A stretch of DNA of 32,000 nt from positions 338 through 32,337 of the forward strand of contig CAOJUX010000005.1 in NCBI GenBank assembly GCA_948444795.1. The letters run 5' to 3'. Below the pieces are notes generated by a model. The model did no database searches. It was not told the DNA's origin and worked only from the letters and a program-made list of their open reading frames with translations. The stretch is from an uncultured Erysipelotrichaceae bacterium. Lineage in GTDB: Bacteria; Bacillota_I; Bacilli_A; RF39; UBA660. The translations under genes and the position numbers were made by a program. Shown one piece after another: positions 25,704 through 32,000 of the stretch (positions within the stretch are counted from its first letter, which is position 1; every line of letters begins with the position of its first letter).

Positions 25704-27110
25704 TTATCTATTATTATTTATAACCTGTATCAACTCTTTAACTGATTTAGATAATTCAACGTCAGTATAAATAATATTATTATCAGGATGATCTATGCAA
25801 TTTCTTATATAGGTGGGCAAAGTATCATACTCTTTTATATTGTGTACACTAATTTGTTTAAAATAATGTTTTAAAGTAGCACCTTGATTTTTTAACCACT
25901 CATCAGTTTGTTTAATACTAGCATTACTTAATAAATTCCCATTACAGTCTGATACATAGTTTTCCTGAACATAGCCATATAGCAAATTATGAAAATCTGT
26001 GGTAAATAAATCAAATATAGCATATTTAATTTCAGCAATTGTGATAGTTGGCAAAACTATCCCTTGCGAATCTTTGTAAAATTTTTGGTAAGAATTATTA
26101 CTTATTTTTATTACCAAACAATCATCTTGGTTTAATGCGCTTGATAAAATATGTTCTGAATGAGTAGCAATAAAAATCTGTGATGTTTGAATTAAATTTT
26201 CAGAAAAAATATTTTTATAATAATCAAATATTTTTTCTTCCCATTTTGGGTGCAAGCTTATTTCTGGTTCATCAATAAAAACTGGAACACCTTTTAAACT
26301 ATTCTTATTTTGTAATAAATATGTACCTCTAAATATTATTTGTTTTTCCCCTGAACTTAAGGAAGATATGTCTATCTCATTATTACCCTTTTTAAAAACA
26401 GGCATTGAATTGTTTCTTATACCTTCAAATTCTATTGTTTCACTAAAAATAACTTTAAAGGCATCAGTAAAACGTTTCAATCTAACATGATAAATATCTT
26501 CTGGTACAGGGCTTCCCTTGTGTTTTCCTATCCAAGAGTCTATATCACAACTATCTTGTACAGAAATGTTTACTAAAAGTTGGATTATCTCAAAAGCCAT
26601 ATCATTTGGTATTTCACATGAAACATTATCTATTGTTTTATTAGTTGGTCCTTCGACATTATTTCTTGGATTGTAATTAATATCAACATTTGAATATAAG
26701 CCATTTATTTTAAAGTTTTCAAATTTCTCTGTTGAATCTTGTCTTTTAACATTTTTAATTACTGAACCATCTTTTATAAATTTAATAGAGTAAGATAGGC
26801 TACCATTTTCACTCTTTGATATAGTCAAAATTGCATCATTTATTGTATCTTGTTCATTATCAAAGTTACAATAATTTTCCGATGATACATCTATAAATAT
26901 TTCGTGTGTTACCTTCGGATAAACAATACTAAAAGTATGAAAGTTAGTATTACTGATATTATATAATTCTTCTAACAATTTTGTTTTTCCACTTCCATTT
27001 TCTCCAGCAATTATTATATTATTAAAAGTTATACCATTATTAGTAAAGTCAAAAGTTTGATTACCAAATATTACATGATTGAAAAATTTTATTGATTTAA
27101 TGCGAATCAT
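25704..27110 (-). CDS. AAA_15/AAA_21-type (ABC/SMC-like) ATPase with an unknown C-terminal domain
   Basis: Walker A is IIIAGENGSGKTKLLEEL, the signature-like motif is LSSGEKQ, Walker B is VFIDEPEISLHP, and the H-loop is ATHSEHIL. Confidence 0.8.
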   Translation of the reverse strand: MIRIKSIKFFNHVIFGNQTFDFTNNGITFNNIIIAGENGSGKTKLLEELYNISNTNFHTFSIVYPKVTHEIFIDVSSENYCNFDNEQDTINDAILTISKSENGSLSYSIKFIKDGSVIKNVKRQDSTEKFENFKINGLYSNVDINYNPRNNVEGPTNKTIDNVSCEIPNDMAFEIIQLLVNISVQDSCDIDSWIGKHKGSPVPEDIYHVRLKRFTDAFKVIFSETIEFEGIRNNSMPVFKKGNNEIDISSLSSGEKQIIFRGTYLLQNKNSLKGVPVFIDEPEISLHPKWEEKIFDYYKNIFSENLIQTSQIFIATHSEHILSSALNQDDCLVIKISNNSYQKFYKDSQGIVLPTITIAEIKYAIFDLFTTDFHNLLYGYVQENYVSDCNGNLLSNASIKQTDEWLKNQGATLKHYFKQISVHNIKEYDTLPTYIRNCIDHPDNNIIYTDVELSKSVKELIQVINNNR

Positions 27111-27199
27111 AATTTACACCTTACCTTCTATATATATACAATTTCTATTAAATTGCATATTTCGGCCGATTTTTATATATACTATTAAAGACATAGTTA

Positions 27200-27228
27200 T
27201 TGACAAATAATCATTTATTTGCTATATT
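27200..27228 (+). promoter_or_regulatory. Near-consensus sigma-70 promoter pointing antisense to the flanking genes
   Basis: TTGACA (27200-05), a 17-nt spacer, then TATATT (27223-28). Confidence 0.55.
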
Positions 27229-27234
27229 AAGTAT

Positions 27235-27312
27235 GTCAAAAGCAATTAAGTTTGCTTGGGGTTCGTGGTATCACGGACGGTAAGAACTGGTTTATCCAGT
27301 TCTTATTTTTTG
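27235..27312 (+). ncRNA. Candidate ~75-nt small RNA (promoter-to-terminator unit)
   Basis: Hairpins are AAGCAAttaagtTTGCTT and CGTGgtatCACG. The terminator is AAGAACTGGtttatCCAGTTCTT plus ATTTTTT (27282-27311). No ORF is present. Confidence 0.45.
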
Positions 27313-27313
27313 T

Positions 27314-28159
27314 TTAAGGAAATATTTTTATTCCTTTATTTTTATAATTTGGATACCCAACTATTTTATTTTCAAATGTTAGAAATGCCTTATCTTGGGT
27401 ATTTCTTTTAACATATTTATGAATTGGATATGAAAACAAATCTGTTATTTCTAATCCAACATAAGTAGAACTATATTCTTCATTCCATTTAGGATTAAAA
27501 TATACTCCTTCTATTTTAGATTTTAGTTCTTTAGAACTAATTTTTTTAGTGCCTGTTTTATTGATAACTTTACTAATATGTTCTAGCAATTCGTTATCTT
27601 CATCTTTACCTCTTGCTTCAAGCATTATTACACCTTTTTTATTATTTTCAGTAGCATAGATATATCTTTCTAATAGAAAATCAAATGCTACATTATAAAC
27701 ATTATGAGTATAACCTTTTTTCAAATATTCATAAAGATTTATACTAATTGAAATAATTTTACATTTTATATTCTTCATAGTATCAGTTAAATCAATCATA
27801 AACTCATTATAATTTATAACACTATCATTAAAGCAATTATCGTGTTTTCTTATATCTCTTGAGTGAAAGCATACCGCTTTATCTCTCTTTAATTTACTAT
27901 CATAAAACATACCATTTTCCCAGTACTTATTTTTTAATGACTTTATAATTTTCTTTGAGTTTATATATTCTTCTTTTGTAAAAATACACCCTGTAATGGT
28001 AAAGTATTTATCATCTTCTGATATTTCTTTTTCATTAGATATTTGTTTTAATACATAAGTTAAATTACTGCTACTGCCATTTTCATCAATACACATAACA
28101 TAATCAATATCCTTTTTCATTGATAAAATTTTAGTAGGTTTATCATACCATTTTGACAC
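27314..28159 (-). CDS. DUF3800-like protein
   Basis: The N-terminal VMCIDENGSS resembles the DUF3800 [I/V]DESG start motif. Assigned from recollection only. Confidence 0.5.
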   Translation of the reverse strand: MSKWYDKPTKILSMKKDIDYVMCIDENGSSSNLTYVLKQISNEKEISEDDKYFTITGCIFTKEEYINSKKIIKSLKNKYWENGMFYDSKLKRDKAVCFHSRDIRKHDNCFNDSVINYNEFMIDLTDTMKNIKCKIISISINLYEYLKKGYTHNVYNVAFDFLLERYIYATENNKKGVIMLEARGKDEDNELLEHISKVINKTGTKKISSKELKSKIEGVYFNPKWNEEYSSTYVGLEITDLFSYPIHKYVKRNTQDKAFLTFENKIVGYPNYKNKGIKIFP

Positions 28160-28175
28160 TTTACCATCTCCTAAC

Positions 28176-28718
28176 TTAATTACTTAAACTGAATTTTGAT
28201 ATTTCTTCACCTGGATAATTATATAAAACTATTTCATCAAATTCTAAATAAAATGGTTCAAATTTCTCTAATATTTTACTTTGCAAAGTCTTAATAATTT
28301 CATAATCTTTATCAATATGTAAAGTCATATGAAATATAAAATTTTCTGGGTTATAATGTTCCTTTGGAAATTTACAATAGAAAAGTTTTTGTAATTCTTT
28401 TAAATCTTGGTTATCTTCTATGCCTAGATATAAAACATAACTATCATATTTACCATTCATTATTTCAACTTTATTTATTTTTAATTTTATTTTATCAATA
28501 TTAACTGTTTTAATTAAATCAATAAATTCATCTTGATTTTCTTTATTTGTAGCAAAAATAGTAAAGTGGTATGGTAGATTATCAATACCATATCTATGCT
28601 CATCATCAATACCATATGGGACTTTACAAGTTTTAAGTTTAATATCCGACATAAGTTTATCAATTTTCTTAAGTTCACTTTGCTCTAGACTACTTATTAA
28701 TGTAATTCTCCTACTCAT
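28176..28718 (-). CDS. 2H phosphoesterase superfamily protein (LigT / cyclic phosphodiesterase-like)
   Basis: There are two HxTx motifs, YHFTIFAT and FHMTLHID. I trimmed the start to the ATG at 28718 (MSRRITL...), which removes the overlap with the upstream gene. Confidence 0.7.
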   Translation of the reverse strand: MSRRITLISSLEQSELKKIDKLMSDIKLKTCKVPYGIDDEHRYGIDNLPYHFTIFATNKENQDEFIDLIKTVNIDKIKLKINKVEIMNGKYDSYVLYLGIEDNQDLKELQKLFYCKFPKEHYNPENFIFHMTLHIDKDYEIIKTLQSKILEKFEPFYLEFDEIVLYNYPGEEISKFSLSN

Positions 28719-28722
28719 AAAA

Positions 28723-29319
28723 CTAATCACCCTTACATTCATGTAAATAATTATATATATCAATCCAATTTTTAAAACAGTTAATGTTATCTTTTTCAAC
28801 AATATCATTATTTGCAATCATAATTGCAGAAATTCCCCCTGTAATAACATTTTTGCAATTACTAATACTATCATCGATTAATATATCTATATTTTCATCT
28901 AAACAAATTTTCTTTTTATTTCTTGCATTTACAATTAATTTATCAAAATATATATCATTTTTATTTAACCAATTCATACTTTGCTTATATGGATCTTCAT
29001 GAAACTCACTATCTCTTGCTGTAATTATATATATTTCATTTCCTTCATCATGCAATTTTTTAATTATTTCCACGCAATCTTTTCTAGGGATAGCATTATT
29101 AGTTATACTTTCTTGAATTGTCCCTAAAAAATGTTTTAATTCTTCATAACTAAAATCAAATATTTTTTGATAAATATTACCATCGTTATAAACATCATTT
29201 ATTTCTATATTTTCATTTTCTACTTTTTTATTAAGTGTTTTTGCATACTCAAAAGCAGCATTATTTAACTGTTCTCTTATATCTGTTAAAGTATCATCTA
29301 TATCTATTCCTATTCTCAA
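28723..29319 (-). CDS. HAD-family 5'(3')-deoxyribonucleotidase-like (NT5C-like) phosphatase
   Basis: MRIGIDIDDTLTD (DxDxT), IITARD, and ILIDDS. TTG start 7 nt after GAGGTGA. Confidence 0.65.
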   Translation of the reverse strand: MRIGIDIDDTLTDIREQLNNAAFEYAKTLNKKVENENIEINDVYNDGNIYQKIFDFSYEELKHFLGTIQESITNNAIPRKDCVEIIKKLHDEGNEIYIITARDSEFHEDPYKQSMNWLNKNDIYFDKLIVNARNKKKICLDENIDILIDDSISNCKNVITGGISAIMIANNDIVEKDNINCFKNWIDIYNYLHECKGD

Positions 29320-29365
29320 AATAATTCACCTCACATTATTAGGGTTTGGTACTCCAATTCAAATG

Positions 29366-29401
29366 GCGGGAGTAGATCCGCAGTGCTGGCTAAGACACTA
29401 T
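29366..29401. repeat. Right copy of the ~36-nt inverted repeat (GCGGGAGTAGatccgCAGTGCTGGCTAaGACactat)
   Basis: Reverse complement of 25636-25671. Confidence 0.85.
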
Positions 29402-29491
29402 TTTGCAACTAATGACAAGAGTGACATTTATAATAGACTCTACCCTAGAGTATTTATCTCCTGTCACACTGTCATTACTTACCGAAAAAAA

Positions 29492-30019
29492 TTATTTTTT
29501 AGACTTATTATCATCGATATGTACTATAGCATATTCCATTTTTTCTATATCTTCGTTAATGGTATTGACCATATTTTTAAATGCTTTATCTACTTTATTT
29601 TTTTCAGTTTGTTTCAATTTTTCATATTCTTTTGTCTTTTTATAATCATTTTTATTTATAAAATCTAGCAAAATTTCTTTAGCAAGAATATCATATTTGA
29701 AATTTTTTATGTATTCATCTATCAATGTAATTGATGAATCATCATTCTTAATTGCAATATTTGTATAGATTTTGTTATCAATTATTTCAATTTCTTCTTT
29801 AGTATAATCACATAATTTCATTAATTTTTTTACATCAATACCTAATACCATAGATAATTTTCTTAAAGATAGTACATTAGGTTTCTTTCTTTCACCCTTT
29901 TCTATCTTTGCTAGTGTGTTATTATCTATTCCAGTTCTTCTTGATAATTCTCTTTGTGATATACCTATTTTTTCTCTAGCACTCTTTACTACCATGGCTA
30001 AAGTTTTTTCTTCCATCAA
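29492..30019 (-). CDS. XRE/cI-type HTH repressor
   Basis: KIGISQRELSRRTGIDNNTLAKIEKGERKKP is an HTH_3 motif. It is divergent from the replication/integration genes. Confidence 0.85.
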   Translation of the reverse strand: MMEEKTLAMVVKSAREKIGISQRELSRRTGIDNNTLAKIEKGERKKPNVLSLRKLSMVLGIDVKKLMKLCDYTKEEIEIIDNKIYTNIAIKNDDSSITLIDEYIKNFKYDILAKEILLDFINKNDYKKTKEYEKLKQTEKNKVDKAFKNMVNTINEDIEKMEYAIVHIDDNKSKK

Positions 30020-30105
30020 TTACACCTCATTTACTCATCTACTACCATTTTAACACAATTTTGATTGCCAAACAATATTTTTGTGAGTTTTGATTACAAA
30101 ATGTA

Positions 30106-30157
30106 TTGACTTAAATTAAATCTGTATGATAATATATTGTTGTGAGTATAACTCACA
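30106..30157 (+). promoter_or_regulatory. Rightward promoter with an overlapping palindromic operator
   Basis: TTGACT (30106-11), a 16-nt spacer, then GATAAT. The palindrome TGTGAGTataACTCACA is at 30141-30157, and an extra half-site TTGTGAGT is at 30081-30088. Confidence 0.5.
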
Positions 30158-30239
30158 TATATAATTCTTTTCTTTATTGGTAATCCATATACATAGATAT
30201 TTTTATATCTAGAGTCTAACGAAAGGAGGAACACTTAAT

Positions 30240-30476
30240 ATGGATGCTAGAGAAACATTAAAACTTATTTCTAAGCAATGGTGTAATCTTAATGATTTAA
30301 TGCTACTTGCTGAAATAGGTAAAAATAATGCAGTGAAACTTAGGAAAGAGATAAAACAAGATTTAATAAATCAAGGTTATACTCTTCCCAATAACAGATT
30401 ACCAATGATTGAAGTCGTTAATAAGTTAAAAATAAATATTAATTATTTAGAAAAAATGGCAAAAGAAAATTTATAG
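30240..30476 (+). CDS. Small DNA-binding protein (Xis / regulator-like)
   Basis: 78 aa with a strong RBS (aaaggagg). It is the first gene of the rightward operon. The function is inferred from position only. Confidence 0.4.
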   Translation: MDARETLKLISKQWCNLNDLMLLAEIGKNNAVKLRKEIKQDLINQGYTLPNNRLPMIEVVNKLKININYLEKMAKENL

Positions 30477-30487
30477 AAAGGAATTAT

Positions 30488-31456
30488 ATGAAAACAATAG
30501 AAGAATTAAGAAGTAGTATTGTCGATATGAATTATATCATTAAAGATATGATTCGTGAAAATGGTTTATATTGCTTGCTTGGAGAAGCCAAAGTTGGTAA
30601 ATCCGCTATGGCTCTTCAAATAGCAAACTCTATTTGTAATGGCATTTCTTTTCTAGATTTAAAAACAAATAAAACACCAGTCCTTTATTTAAGTACAGAG
30701 ATGAATCCTACTGAAACAATAAGTCGTATAAATCTTATGGATTGTAAATTAAATACCAATGATTTCTTTTATACTTATCCAGAAGAAAACTCTACACAAC
30801 TTAGTATTATTAAAGTTGAAAAAGAAATTATGAACTTTTCTGAAAAGTACAATGGAAAACTCGTATTTATAGATATGTTTAATGGAATTAATTTTGGCTA
30901 TAACTATGATTTAAATAATTATCAAGATATGAGTCAAAATATATTTCCACAAATTAGAAATCTATGTAATAAATATAATGTTTCTATTATATTAGTTCAT
31001 CATTTAAATCGTAAAGGTAAATCTTTAGGTAGTACAGCAATAGATACTTGTGTTGATGGTAAAATAGCACTAAAACAAGATGAAAATATCAAATCAACAT
31101 TCTATCTAAAGTATGAAAGTAGAGATTATCCAAGTAAAAATTATATTTTAAAAAGAGATAATCATTTAATACTTACGATTGATGAGGATACCGAAGATAA
31201 ATTAAATGATAATTTAATACAATTCTTAAAATACGCGATTAACAAGCAAGAATTTACCTTTAAAATATCAGAAATGGTAAGTAAGTTAAATTTAAATATT
31301 ACACCACCTGTATTTGGTAAATTACTTACAAATAACAAAGAAAAGTTAGAAAAATTGGGACTCACTATTAAATCTAAAAGAACTGCTACAGATAGATTTT
31401 ATACTGCTATATATAAGGAACCTTTACTTGAAAGCAATAATTTCGAGGAGGAATGA
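30488..31456 (+). CDS. RecA-fold P-loop ATPase (AAA_25 / RepA-like replication protein)
   Basis: Walker A is GEAKVGKSAMALQIA, Walker B is LVFIDMF, plus ILVHHLNRKG. Confidence 0.7.
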   Translation: MKTIEELRSSIVDMNYIIKDMIRENGLYCLLGEAKVGKSAMALQIANSICNGISFLDLKTNKTPVLYLSTEMNPTETISRINLMDCKLNTNDFFYTYPEENSTQLSIIKVEKEIMNFSEKYNGKLVFIDMFNGINFGYNYDLNNYQDMSQNIFPQIRNLCNKYNVSIILVHHLNRKGKSLGSTAIDTCVDGKIALKQDENIKSTFYLKYESRDYPSKNYILKRDNHLILTIDEDTEDKLNDNLIQFLKYAINKQEFTFKISEMVSKLNLNITPPVFGKLLTNNKEKLEKLGLTIKSKRTATDRFYTAIYKEPLLESNNFEEE

Positions 31457-31458
31457 TT

Positions 31459-32000
31459 ATGGCGGTCAAACAATTAGATAAGTCTGAATGGACTAAAGAT
31501 GGTCGTAAATGGATATTTTATGACTATATAAAGAATTTAGATGGAACTAGAAGAAAATATAAGTCAAAGAAGTTTTTTACAAAAGCAGAAGCATTAAAAG
31601 CTGAAAGAGAGTTTTTAACAACGAATACAGAAAGAGCAGATAAAGATCGTAATATGACTTTTAAAGATTTATATACTCTCTTCTATGCCTATAAAGAGGA
31701 TAAAGTAAAATTCACTACTTTGAAAACTTATAGAGATAGACAAAAGTTCTTTAAAAATCTAGAAAAGGTTAAATTAAAGGATTTTAATATAGAACACTTT
31801 GAAAAATGGAAGAAAGAAATTAATTCCTATGGTTATACCACTAATCATAAAAATCATCTGTTTAAATTCTTTAAAGAATTATTAAACTATGCTACTAAAT
31901 GGTATAACTTTAATTTTACTGCAACTTATAATAAAATGACTAATTTTACAAATCCAAATGAAATACCCAAAGAAATGTTATTTTTTACTTATGATGAATT
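31459..32000 (+). CDS. Tyrosine recombinase / phage-type integrase, N-terminal 180 codons (open at the window edge)
   Basis: My translation gives MAVKQLDKSEWTKDGRKWIFYDYIKNLDGTRRKYKSKKFFTKAEALKAEREFL...MTFKDLYTLFYAYKEDKVKFTTLKTYRDR...HFEKWKKEI, i.e. an arm-type DNA-binding domain plus a SAM-like core-binding domain. Confidence 0.8.
   Translation, partial: MAVKQLDKSEWTKDGRKWIFYDYIKNLDGTRRKYKSKKFFTKAEALKAEREFLTTNTERADKDRNMTFKDLYTLFYAYKEDKVKFTTLKTYRDRQKFFKNLEKVKLKDFNIEHFEKWKKEINSYGYTTNHKNHLFKFFKELLNYATKWYNFNFTATYNKMTNFTNPNEIPKEMLFFTYDE

Larger units (their letters stand above)
29492..32000 (+). mobile_element. Integrative element module (repressor, divergent promoter/operator, small DNA-binding protein, RecA-fold ATPase, integrase); it extends beyond the window
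   Basis: The gene content and order are typical of small Firmicutes integrative islands and prophage-like elements. Confidence 0.6.

Noticed and set aside
27255-27285. The GC-rich segment ggggttcgtggtatcacggacgg as a tRNA fragment.
   Set aside because: It has no cloverleaf, no T-loop GTTCGAATC consensus and no acceptor-stem pairing. It fits better as an internal hairpin of the small RNA candidate.
28719-28817. The long form of the 2H phosphoesterase ORF, starting at 28817 and overlapping the upstream NT5C-like gene by 95 nt.
   Set aside because: The extension is hydrophobic junk in the alternative frame of the upstream gene. The internal ATG at 28718 lies 5 nt after that gene's TAG and keeps both HxTx motifs.

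Overview
This is a very AT-rich, low-GC Firmicutes-type chromosomal window with mostly minus-strand genes. All family assignments come from motifs I recognise in the translations. No database search was possible.

- **1-12.7 kb, ordinary housekeeping:** nth (partial), dnaD, cca, rpsD with promoter and leader, a SAM methyltransferase, two flavoproteins, a secreted nuclease, tag, a TfoX-like protein and a membrane glycerophosphodiesterase. One oddity is a membrane-anchored protein gene split by a G10 homopolymer.
- **13.1-18.6 kb, the most interesting locus:** a complete diversity-generating retroelement (DGR) with an Avd-like ORF, a 78-nt template repeat (TR), a spacer and a DGR-type reverse transcriptase (RT).
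  - The cognate variable repeat (VR) lies immediately downstream. It is not at the C-terminus of a surface protein. It sits in the N-terminal ligand-binding-like domain of a cytoplasmic MoxR/AAA_5-type ATPase.
  - That ATPase is translationally coupled to a small ORF and a VWA/peptidase-like (DUF2201-type) protein.
  - Eight of the nine TR/VR mismatches fall on TR adenines. Seven of these are at the 1st or 2nd position of AAY codons and one is the 3rd position of an AAA codon.
  - The diversified frame contains one in-frame TAG that is present in both TR and VR. It splits a single 1905-nt frame into the 77-aa and 524-aa ORFs of the track.
- **18.7-20.7 kb:** four paralogous ~150-aa proteins with a vestigial Gly-X-Y N-terminus.
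- **20.8-32 kb, accessory or mobile DNA:**
  - SDR, PRTase and VOC genes, a decayed gene, Fic and a TnpV-like protein.
  - A four-gene cassette (AAA_21-like ATPase, DUF3800-like, 2H phosphoesterase, NT5C-like nucleotidase). It is bracketed by ~36-nt inverted repeats and carries a promoter-to-terminator antisense small RNA candidate.
  - An integrative-element module with an XRE repressor, divergent promoter and operator, a small DNA-binding protein, a RecA-fold ATPase and a tyrosine integrase that runs off the window.
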